Shown here piece by piece: positions 32,740-44,060 of a stretch of DNA of 64,000 bases. How positions within the stretch are numbered: position 1 is the first letter of the stretch; each line of letters begins with the position of its first letter. Below the pieces are notes generated by a model. It was not told the origin of the DNA. It made no database searches and saw only the letters and a program-made list of their open reading frames with translations. The position numbers were made by a program, and so were the translations under genes. Source of the DNA: Macrostomum lignano (Eukaryota); assembly GCA_002269645.1 (NCBI GenBank), contig NIVC01003067.1:9929-73928 (forward strand). The letters run 5' to 3'.

Positions 32740-35700
32740 ATGCCTCCAAAGCCGAAAATTGACTTAAAAAGCGCTCCACACTTCGACCTCGAATCTCAGA
32801 AGGCCGTATTCCCACAATGGAAGCAGTTGTGGGAGGCTTTTGAGGAACTATCAGGCCTGAACGACATCGAGCAAGAGGCCGAGAAGAAGAAGTTCCAACT
32901 CTTCGCTTTGCGACACTGCCTGAGTCTGGAGACCCTACGAGTGGTGGACAGCTTACCTCAGCTACTAGGAAAGGATAAAGACGACGCCAAGGAGATCATC
33001 AAGGCCCTGGAAGCATTCATCACCGAGCAGAAGAACGAGATATTCGAGAGGAGGGAATTCTGGCTACGAAATCAAGCAGAAGGTGAGAGCTTCAATGATT
33101 GGTACGTGTCCATCAAAGAAATCTCGTCCAGGTGCAACTTCGAGCGATGCTGTGACGGGTGCGCCGAATACCAGCTCAGAGACAGAATTGTCATGGGACT
33201 TCGCGACCCCAGCACTGTAGAGAAGTTGCTAGAGGAAGGCAGTGAGCTAACGCTGGAGAGAGCAAAGACCATTTGTGAGTCGATGGAGAGTTCGAGGAAA
33301 AACTGCGCCATAATGAAGGGCGAGACACCGACCGTCTCCGCTGTGCGACACGCGTCAAGCTACCGGAAGGCCAAGCGGACTGGAGCAGCGGAGAATCGAC
33401 AGGCAGGAAGACCTGTTCAACAGAGCCGGGCGAAACATCCTGGTCAAGCCTGCAAGTTCTGCGGACGAGAGCACGAGGTCGGCAAAGAGAAATGTCCGGC
33501 CTGGGGGAAGTCGTGCACAAAGTGCGGCAAGCTCAACCATTTCGCTAAGCAGTGCAGAAGTGGACAGTCAGCCAAGCACGGCGAGAGAGTCCACTCAATT
33601 TTCGCCGCAACTGGCGCACAAGGGACCTCAGCATGCTGTGTGGAGGTAAAAATTCGCACCCCTGACGGAACAAAGACCATCGCCGCCTTACCGGACACAG
33701 GCGCTTTCATAGATGCCATCCCTGAGAGCTTGATGCCTATTGTAGGAGCAGATATGAACAACCTACATCCTTCAGACATCAAACCCAAGGCAGTCGACGG
33801 CCGGCTATTAAAAGCCAAGGGCTCGATTCAGCTGCAAGTATCCATGGGTGAAACTGAGCTGCAGCGTACGTTTCACGTCCTCAGCGAAATATCCATCATG
33901 ATTCTATCAAGAGAAGCGTGTCGTGATCTGGGTATCATTCCAAGAAACTTTCCAAAGCAAATCGTGGCAAGCATGAATCAGCACGATACCAACGCTGGCA
34001 CAGAGGAGGACCTAAAAAAAGAGTTTTCGGACGTGTTCACCGGAAAAGTTGGCAGAATGGCTGGTGAGATGTTCAGAATTAAACTATCAGCGGACGCAAA
34101 GCCGTTTGCCATTTCGACCCCGAGAAGAATTGCGGAACCGCTCAAGTTACAGCTCAAGAAGGAACTGGAGGATCTCGAGCGAGATGGGATCATAGCAAAG
34201 GTCACAGAGCCTACGGAATGGTGTGCGCCGATCACCGTGCAGCCAAAGAAAGGCCAGAGCAAGATAAGAATGTGCGTCGACCTACGGTGCTTAAACAAAT
34301 ACGTCATCCGAGAGCGCTACGTCAGCCAAACGCCATTTGAAGTTGTGTCAAGTGTACACAAGGGCGCCAGGTTCTTCACAACCGTTGATGCCACGAAAGG
34401 ATACCACCAAGTGCCACTGGATGACGCGTCACAAATACTGACAACTTTTATCACACCATTCGGACGGTACAAGTTCCTACGTGCCCCCTTTGGACTGTCG
34501 TCCATATCGGAGCATTACAATAGGCGTGTGGATGAAGTGCTAGAGGGACTGAAGAGCACCTATCATATTGTGGACGACGTACTGCTGGCTCACGACGACT
34601 TTGACGAGCATCGCCGTGCTGTTCGTGAGTTTCTGCAGCGATGCAGGGACCGCGGCATCAGCCTGAATCCAGAGAAGTTTGTGTTTGCTCAGCCCAGTGT
34701 GACATTTGCCGGATTCCAGTTGGACTCGAAAGGATACGCTATAGACCCTGCCATAGTGAAGGCGATTCGAGACTTCCCGAAGCCAGAAAATCTGACCGAC
34801 CTCAGAGCGTTCTTCGGACTAGTGAATCAGATTGGGTTCTGTAGTGACAAGATAGCTTCCCTCGGTGAGCCGTTGAGAGAGTTGTTGAAACCGAGGAATG
34901 AGTTCATGTGGAGCTGCGAACACGAAAAAGCATTTGACAGCATGCGGAAAGAACTAAGCAATGTTCCTACAATGGCCTACTATGACCACACGAGGCAGAC
35001 AGCACTGCACACGGATGCGTCTCGACTGAAGGGGCTTGGATTCGTGCTCAAGCAAAAGCAAGACAATGGCATTTGGAAAGTGGTTCAAGCAGGCTCGCGG
35101 TTCATTTCGGAGACAGAGAGGCGATACGCCATGATTGAACTGGAGCTGTTGGCAGTCGTATGGGCGGCAAAGAAATGTCGTCTGTTCCTCGAAGGACTGC
35201 AGAATTTTGAGATAATCATCGACCACAAGCCGTTGGAGCCGATTTTAAATAGATACACCTTGGATCAGATTGAGAATCCGAGGCTTCAGAGGTTGCGACA
35301 GAAACTGGATTGCTTCCAGTACACGGCTCGATGGGTGAAAGGCAGTGACCACAAGGCCGCCGATGCCTTGTCAAGAGCCCCGGTAGAGCCGGCAACCAAA
35401 GACGAAGAACTTGCGGAGGAGCACGAGAGCAACATCATCATGGCTATTGATGAGATTCAAGCTTCTGAAGCAGAGTTGACGCGAATTGCCAGAAGAGACC
35501 AGGAGTACCAGGAGCTGAAGCGATTGGTTCAGCAAGGATTCCCTAACGAGAAGGGAAACGTACCGGTCCATCTAAGACAATTTTGGAACATCCGCGACAA
35601 ACTAGCAGTCGAGCATGACTTGATCGTAGTAGGAAGGCGATTGCTCATTCCCAAGGAGATGCGAGCAGAAGTCCTGAATAGGATGCTCAAGATGCATCAG

Positions 35701-36773
35701 GGAGTCGTTAAGATGAAAGAGAGAGCCAGAATGACTTTCTATTGGCCGGGAATCGACAACGATATAGAAATGTCAGCCAGGAAGTGTATCCCGTGCCAAG
35801 AGACTTTGCCTAGTCAAGTAAAGGAGCCGATGGTTGTGAGAAAGGAACCGGAACGCGTCTTTCAAGAAGTCCATGCCGACTTGTTTCAATTCGCTGGGAA
35901 GATGTTCCTGGTGACTGTGGACGGAAAGTCTGGTTGGCCAACACTAGACTACTTCGGAACTGATGCCTCAACGTACAAGGTGATCAACGTGCTGCGAAGA
36001 CGTTTCTGTGAGAAGGGCGCGCCGGAGGTGTTATGGTCAGACAATGGACCGCAATTCACAGCCAAGCCATTTCTGGGATTCTTGCGTCGTTGGAATGTGG
36101 AGCAGAGGACATCATCCCCACGTACGCGCAGAGCAATGGGCGAGCGGAGGCAGCCGTCAAGGCAATGAAAAAGCTGGTGCGTGGAAATTGGAATCACGGA
36201 GCCAGAGAGCCGAACTGGGACGATCTCTGCCAGGGGATACTGATGTATTGCAACACTCCGCGATACGACGGCAGATCACCAGCACAGATGGTGTTCGGTC
36301 ACGAGGTTCGCGATACCCTGCCAATTCACCGGAGAGCGTTCGCCAAGGAATGGCAAGCAGCAGCAGATGAGGTGGACAACAGGGCAGCGGAGAAGAGGGA
36401 GAGGATGGAGGTGTACTACAATAGAGCAGCTCACCAACTCCCAGCCTTGCGAGTGCGAGACAGAGTTGCAGTGCAGGACGCCCAGACCAAGCGATGGGAC
36501 AAGTACGGCGTGGTGGTCGAGCTAATGAAAAACAACGACTTTCTAGTCAAGCTGACCAGCGGCCGGGTTCTTCGGAGAAACCGAAAGTTCCTACGGAGAA
36601 GGTTTCCAGCACATGCGGCGGAAGCTCGCTACCAGCCCAATACTGGCCCTGCGGACTCGCAAGGTACGAATGGAGCCAGAGGGCCGGAAGGACGATCAAG
36701 ACCGTGGCATACGAGAAACCGTCGGCCACCCAACAGGCTTCAGATTGACCCCCGCAAAAGTTCGTACGACTGA
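32740..36773 (+). CDS. Gag-Pol polyprotein (one frameshift at about 36120)
   Basis: MPPKPK start; zinc knuckles CKFCGREH...CPAWGKSCTKCGKLNHFAKQC; protease LPDTGA; RT (DATKGYHQ, PFGL, IVDD); RNase H (TDAS, ELELLAV, DHKPL); integrase HQG...CIPC, HADLF, SDNGPQF, then in another frame YAQSNGRAEAAVK to the stop. Confidence 0.93.
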
Positions 36774-36808
36774 CTGACAAGAAGTCACATTGTAACTGAA
36801 GGGGGAGG

Positions 36809-36995
36809 TGTTGTGTATGAGTGTGCATATGCATGTGTGTGACACTGAAGCTTGGGCTATACTCGTATGAATATTACTGTCTATGGTATAAATACACGTG
36901 ACGGCCTAGAGAGACGGCCATGCCCTCTGAGCTTTAGTTTCATCAGACCGCGCGCTATAGAAGATATAACCCTCTCGGCTTCGCGATATATAACA
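36809..36995 (+). repeat. 3' LTR
   Basis: Matches the 5' LTR by eye; preceded by the PPT. Confidence 0.97.
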
Positions 36996-37829
36996 CTATC
37001 ATTGAATTTTTTAAACAAAACACAAAACAGTGAGTTATTTTGTCTCATATGTATACCATTTATATACCATTTATTGTATTCTCTGGTGGTGCAGGCACAA
37101 AATTTGGCTATATATTAATCTGAAAAATATTAAATAAATATTATTTATGCGGGCGCATCTCTGGCTTTGCGGTAACTATATGGTCGGAATAATGAGCAAT
37201 TCTCGATTTTTTTCTGCTATTTTTTTACTGACGGAACACAAATATTTTATTATCAATATTATTATGCGATATTAACTTCATCTCCTGCTCAGACAGGTGT
37301 CACACTGTATTTTAAGTGTAGCATATTAGACACTCAAATTAGAGTAAATTTACTCAAAGTAGCAACTACAAATCGACAGAGATAGAGATAGTCATTCATC
37401 TGTTCACAAATCGAAGTGAATAATAATAATTATTATTGTATACTATTAGCGTCGATTAACAACTTTAGAATTGGAACAAAAAAGTGGTTGATAGAAAAAT
37501 TAAAGTAGAAGAAGCGTTTGGACTTTACTTTTTTTAGCCAGAGTTCGACAAATTCGGTTCGGTATTGAGAGGAATTGTTTCTGCAACTGCAACACTTCCG
37601 GAAGCTGACGCAGGTTAATAGCTCGAATAGTTAGCTGATATAAAATTCAGATAATTTTTTAAGGACAAAAAATACTCGTACATTTACATGCATTTATGAA
37701 CATATACATTAAGGCCGTAAGCGGATATTGTTGTTTGGTTGATTACGATTCTGAAATTGTCGTCTGACAGTTGTCCTCAGATGCACTCAAAAGATTACGG
37801 TCGACTTGTATTTTTCGACTCTGTGGGGA

Positions 37830-38310
37830 CTGTCTGCAGATTCTGTGGCAACTGTCTGTCTGTACAGATTCTGTGACAAATGTCTGTCTGTGCAGATTCT
37901 GTGGCAACTGTCTCTCTGTACAGATTCTGTGACAAATGTCTGTCTGTGCAGATTCTGTGGCAATTGTCTGTCTGTACAGATTCTGTGGCAACTGTCTGTC
38001 TGTACAGATTCTGTGGCAACTGTCTGTGTGTACAGATTCTGTGGCAACTGTCTGTCTGTGCAGATTCTGTGACAACTGTCTCTCTGTACAGATTCTGTGG
38101 CAACTGTCTGTCTGTACAGATTCTGTGACAAATGTCTGTCTGTACAGATTCTGTGGCAACTGTCTGTCTGTACAGATTCTGTGACAAATGTCTGTCTGTA
38201 CAGATTCTGTGACAAATGTCTGTCTGTAAAGATTCTGTGACAAATGTCTGTCTGTACAGATTCTGTGGAAACTGTCACATTCTGTGGCAACTGTCTGTCT
38301 ACAGATTCTG
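37830..38310. repeat. 28-bp minisatellite (acagattctgtggcaactgtctgtctgt)
   Basis: About 16 tandem copies. Confidence 0.93.
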
Positions 38311-38467
38311 TGGGGACTGACACCATTAAAAAACGTGTCCAGTATTTTTCGACCTGTTTCTTCTGTCCTGTAGATTTTCAGCGCAGATGGTGAGAAACAT
38401 AAAAATTTAAACGAAAGCCAAAAATGAAGAATGCAATTTGTGGAATTCGGTCGTTCTACTCCCATCA

Positions 38468-38908
38468 TTAGTCGCTGTCGCTGTTGCACAGGCCGGCTCC
38501 CACGGCATGCACCGGTGACAGGCCACACTTGCGAAAGGCGTCCTTGGCGCATGCTAGGCAGCTTCGTTGGGTCTGGCAGGACATCAAGGTGCCCGACAGG
38601 CAGCCCAGCTGCCGGCTGTCGCTTGTCGCAACCGACCGAAAAATTGCCGCAGAAACGGAGCTCAGAGCCGAACCGGCGGATTTGGAGCGGCAGACGGCGG
38701 CAGCGAACTCCGAGACCTGACGGAGGCTGCAGGTGCGGAGGCCACGACTGACGCATTCCAGACAGTCCCTGCCGCCGCTTTGCTGCAGCTTGCAGCCAGT
38801 TAAAACCGGCTTCAGGCAGCCCAGCTGACCAGGCAGATTCGACTGGCTGACGGATGCAGCCAGGGGGAGCCTGGATAGCAGCTGAAGCAGAGCCAGCACT
38901 GCGACCAT
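38468..38908 (-). CDS. Small secreted cysteine-rich protein with two homologous 6-Cys modules (146 aa); family unknown
   Basis: ATG at 38908 to TAA at 38468. Hydrophobic N-terminus MVAVLALLQLLSRLPLAAS; modules QLGC-x7-C-x9-CxxC-x7-C-x12-C and QLGC-x7-C-x5-CxxC-x7-C-x12-C; GC-rich like the other exons in the window. Confidence 0.75.
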   Translation of the reverse strand: MVAVLALLQLLSRLPLAASVSQSNLPGQLGCLKPVLTGCKLQQSGGRDCLECVSRGLRTCSLRQVSEFAAAVCRSKSAGSALSSVSAAIFRSVATSDSRQLGCLSGTLMSCQTQRSCLACAKDAFRKCGLSPVHAVGAGLCNSDSD

Positions 38909-38966
38909 CACTGTTGAAGTGCGGCGACACAGCTGGGATGAGACTGCTGCGGCCGATTGCAGCCGG

Positions 38967-39560
38967 GTGATTCACAAAGACAACTATCCGTAATTCTAGC
39001 AACCATCCGTGATTCACAAAGACAACTATCCGTAATTCTAGCAACCATCCGTGATTCACAAAGACAACTATCCGTAATTCTAGCAACCATCCGTGATTCA
39101 CAAAGACAACTATCCGTAATTCTAGCAACCATCCGTGATTCACAAAAATATCCAAAATTCACACAACCATCCGTGATTCACAAAGACAACTATCCGTAAT
39201 TCTAGCAACCATCCGTGATTCACACAAATATCCAAAATTCACACAACCATCCGTGATTCACACAACTATCCGAAATTCACACAATCATTCATGATTCACA
39301 CAATCATCCGTCATTCACACAACTATCCGAAATTTACACAATCATTCATGATTCACACAATAATTCGTGATTGACACAATTATCCGTGATTCACATCATT
39401 CGTGATTCACACAATCATTCGTGATTCACACAATAATTCGTGCTTCACACAACCATCCATAAAAAACCCAATCATCTATAATTCACACAATCATCCGTAA
39501 TTCACACAATCATCTATAATTCTCACAATCATCCGTAATTCACACAATCATCCGTGATTT
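38967..39560 (+). repeat. 42-bp minisatellite (ccgtgattcacaaagacaactatccgtaattctagcaaccat) grading into shorter variants
   Basis: 4-5 perfect copies, then degenerate gtgattcacacaatcat units. Confidence 0.88.
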
Positions 39561-40088
39561 ACACGATTAATAATCTGCATTTTCTGAAAATCCAAGTGCA
39601 GAATTAAACTCAAAAAGCTTACCCTTCATAGCGTTGCCAACAGTTTCACACATTTCTTGTATTGTTTAATTTGCTCTGCAGAAGTTTTCACTGTAACAAA
39701 ATTAAGAAAGTGAATAATAATCAATAGCTTAGTATCGATCGATGCCTTTCGATTAAGTCAAGAATTGAGTCTTTATCAAAGCACTCCCACATCAGATATT
39801 GTTACGAAAGTTGTAACAATGTTTCTGCAAATTTTACCATAAACTATGGCAAGAAACGAGGTTTCATTAAAAAAGGCTTATAGTTATATTATAGTTAGCA
39901 TAAGCGTGTTGAAACGGACCCACACACTGCAATTGTCTATGGCCGACTTCAATAAATAAAACTCGTTTGCATATAAGTATTTTGTTTGACCCAATTAGTT
40001 AGGCCATTTGACACACTCAGAACCTGACCAGCTGGATCCAAGAAAGAAAAAAAGAAGAAAAGAAAGACGGACGGAGAGGTAGTTAAGG

Positions 40089-40490
<402 letters not shown>

Positions 40491-40519
40491 ATGGTGGTTG
40501 ACTGGATGGTAGCCGGGAG

Positions 40520-41065
40520 AGAAATAAAATTAAAAAGCCCAAAATCCACCTGATTCGATGCAGAAAAGAGTGTCTTCGACACTTGACGGGATCGGCTCAG
40601 CCCGCCGTAGTCCAGAGCCGTTGCCGTCGCGCGTGCTTAATTTCATAGAGGCATCCAAAGCGCGTCTAGAGTCAGCAAACTACTGGTCCCTCCACAGGCT
40701 CCACGGCTTCTTTCACCGATTCACGATATAATACTGAATCATTCTGAAAAAAATCCTTTAGCGATGATACTTAGTACGTATTCTTAGTACGAGCTACGCA
40801 CTTCCAACACGAAGAATCACAGGACATAGTTTAGATCGCTCTTGCTCATGTATTGAAGATCTTTCAGAACCATCTTGTTCGTCACACTCCCATTTGCCCA
40901 ATGCTGCTTCTTCAGTTCATGCCGGGCACGGAAGGTGTTTACCATCCATTCGCATTTCTTCTTCGTCGTTACTGGAGTCACTGCGTCCATTGCATCAAAG
41001 ACATCCTGCTCAGTCATAGACGCCGCATTCGGTTCAGCAGAACAGATTTCATTGGCTAAATCCAA
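40520..41065 (-). pseudogene. Crypton-like tyrosine-recombinase relic (KIAA1958/ZMYM/DUF3504-related N-terminal part)
   Basis: TTKKKCEWMVNTF...KDLQYMSKSDLNYVL*FFVLEVR, and further on QYYIVNR*KKPWSLWRDQ*FADSRRALDASMKLSTRDGNGSGLRRAEPIPSSVEDTLF. These match Crypton-type motifs (NTxKxTxWAV, LNxxLxRFxxEVR, LDxxMK, KxAxPIxxxxExxLW). In-frame stops are present and the catalytic C-terminus is absent. Confidence 0.72.
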
Positions 41066-41435
41066 TTCTAGATTCTTGATTTAGAATTCCTTGGCTGACC
41101 ATCCGGCAGCTTAAAATTTTAAATCGACTACAGCTAAGCCTACAGCTGCTCTCAATTTAGTAGCTAATGCGTATATTGCAATAAAAAATTAAATTTAAGA
41201 CATGCTCAGCACACGTATAGTAGCGGATGCCAAATTCATCAAATTCATCGAATCGATGCTGAATTCATTTCTTAGTCCAAAATGTTAAATTTCAGTCCAG
41301 AAAAGGTTTTTCCGCGTTACCCTTACCCTTAGGCTGAGGGAGGCTGAGACAGTCTTCTGCTTTCCTACTTACAATAATTGCATATTGCAGTAGTTCAAAA
41401 GGTAAGTCCTATCTTATTTTAAATTGTTTTCGCCA

Positions 41436-41503
41436 AACTGACAACAATCCGTACTACTGGGACAGTCCAAAAAGCTGACAGACAGACAGACAGACAGACA
41501 CTA

Positions 41504-41540
<37 letters not shown>

Positions 41541-41543
41541 CTA

Positions 41544-41608
<65 letters not shown>

Positions 41609-41609
41609 C

Positions 41610-41672
<63 letters not shown>

Positions 41673-41823
41673 CTAAGACAGACAGACAGACACTAAGACA
41701 GACAGACACTAAGACAGACAGACAGACACTAAGACAGACAGACAGACACTAAGACAGACAGACACTAAGACAGACAGACAGACACTAAGACAGACAGACA
41801 GACACTAAGACAGACAGACACTA

Positions 41824-41916
<93 letters not shown>

Positions 41917-41947
41917 CTAAGACAGACAGACACTAAGACAGACACTA

Positions 41948-41996
<49 letters not shown>

Positions 41997-42060
41997 CTAA
42001 GACAGACAGACAGACAGACAGACAGACACTAAGACAGACAGACAGACAGACAGACAGAAA
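41436..42060. repeat. (CAGA)n microsatellite with CACTAA interruptions
   Basis: Same interruption variant as 238-540. Confidence 0.96.
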
Positions 42061-43094
42061 CAGGCAGACAGTACACCAGGCACTAAAGCAGACAGAAATT
42101 AAGACATACAGACACGACACGGATACTCAGAATGACACAGACTGCCGGAGATAGATTGAGGATGCGCATTGAAGCTGTTCGGAGATATAATAGAGAAGAA
42201 CACAGCGATGTGATTGAGAATTCAATAGAATGAAGAGTCGACTATAGGGCAGATAAAAAAGACTGCACGACCCACCCGGGGGGGGGGGGGCTGCATTGTG
42301 AGCGGCAACGGCTGGCTTTGATTGAGTGGGCCCGGTCGGCGCGGAGCAAGTCAACAGTAAAAGCCGAAGATCTGAGGATCCGAGAATTTTCTGAATGTGG
42401 AATATAAAGGATTGAACTTTGCCGGCCAACCTCTCGGTGAGCTAGTAAGTGTGAAGGCGGCAAGCGAAGGGCCCGGAAGTGACTCTATAGAGTTGCGTTG
42501 CTGAGTGGCCGGAGTTGTCAAGTAGTGCGGAAAACCGATTTAACAGTCGACGTTGCTCTGCAACTCTCAAATGACCTTCCATGTAACAAAACACGTGTGT
42601 AACGAGTCTCTGCCACTTAACTTCAAAATTTTGTAGGCAACTCAACTAATCGCTTCAAACTGGGACATTAGAAAAGAAAATAATCAAAGGCATTGGTTTG
42701 AAAGCCGCGTAGTTTGCCGTTGTGTAATACAATCTCGACAGTTACATCTACAATATTTAGAATTTATAAGACAACTCTCAAAACTACCCCCACAACAGTT
42801 AAACAAAATGAGTGTTTACGAACTAAAGCAATTACTTAACTACCAAATTACCTATCATTTCAAACAGTCTTTTAGGAGTTAAAGAATAATGCCCCATCAT
42901 ATTCCTTTGTGGGTACAAAAGTTTCCGGAAAATCATTCAAAAAATTATAAAATTTTACCATTGACATGATCATCATCTAAAAAATACTGAATGCCTCGTT
43001 TAGGCTAACTGAAACTCTACTCCGTACAGTTGGTTTATATTGACTATCTCTTGAGAGTGAACTGAATAGCTGGTAATTACATGTAGCAGCACCT

Positions 43095-43310
43095 CAAAGG
43101 GGCCGCTTAGCCAAGCCCCAAGCCCTCCGCAAGAGCCATAAAATCCCTCACCGGACACAAGCACCACTCCGCTTAGCCCATCCCCAAGCTCTCCGCCAGA
43201 GCCATAAAACCCATCCCCAAGCCCTCCGCCAGAGCCATAAAACCCATCCCCAAGCCCTCCGCCAGAGCCATAAAACTCCTCACCGACACCGACACCACCA
43301 GCTCTCACCG
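43095..43310 (-). repeat. Dispersed repeat, same family as CCDC154-like intron 29690-29990
   Basis: ccctccgccagagccataaaac units are the reverse complement of gttttatggctctggcggaggg. Confidence 0.8.
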
Positions 43311-44060
43311 GACTCTACGTTCGGTCTACGACTTTTTCGTAGCTCCCACTTGGCGCCGCGTTTACGTCGCGGAGGGGAAACACGCCCAATGGGGGTGTAC
43401 GAAGAGCGCCATGTAAAGTCAAGCAATTACACTTCTCCCCAAAAACGAAAAAGCTCAAAAATGCGGATTAAAAGGATAAGGATTAAGGAATAAAACATGA
43501 AAAGTAAAAATACACTTGGCTCAGTTCGCAGCAGCAATTACGCGTTAAACTCTGTAGCTGATAGGCTTGTCCTTGGCCGCTCTTGGGTGCGGCCTCTCCG
43601 CAATGCCGCGCTCTGGCGAGGCGGCGCCAGCGTCGGCTTCCGGTGGCGGGTCCTCGGCCACTGTCAGAGGCCGAATGTGCGTCAGTCGCCTTGCCGCAGG
43701 ATGTAGGAATCGCCTAGCTTGTCGGTGACGGTCCAGGGTTCGAGCTCGAAAGGCGTCTGCGTTTTCGTGCGTCTCGTCTACTTGCGGAGAACCGCCGAAC
43801 CCGGCTCGACGCTGGCCGCCTTGGCCCTCCTGGAGCGGTTGAAACCTGCTGCCATCTGCTTGGCCGCGTGACGCTTTGCAAGGTCGGCTCGGTCGTGCTG
43901 CACGGGCTGCGTTGGTTGAATTGACGGGAGGCCGTCGTTGAGAGCTCGGCCCATGAGTAGTTCAGCTGGTGCTACGCCGGATGCCGAGTGCGGAGTGACG
44001 CGATGAGCGAGCAGCCAGTCGTCTAGTGCAGTACGCCAGTTGCGTCCTTCCGCTTCAGCA
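43310..44060 (-). mobile_element. Ty3/Gypsy relic: integrase C-terminus, PPT and partial 3' LTR
   Basis: EGRNWRTALDDWLLAHRVTPHSASGVAPAELLMGR integrase tail; PPT ggggagaag (plus 43432-43440) followed by TGTAA (LTR start at plus 43431). Confidence 0.8.

Larger units (their letters stand above)
32451..36995 (+). mobile_element. Ty3/Gypsy LTR retrotransposon, Mag-like clade, full length
   Basis: Two 187-bp TG...CA LTRs that appear identical; 5-bp TSD ctatc (32446-32450 and 36996-37000); PBS-like TGGCGTCGC at 32638; PPT aagggggagg at 36799-36808; gag-PR-RT-RH-IN domain order. Confidence 0.97.
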
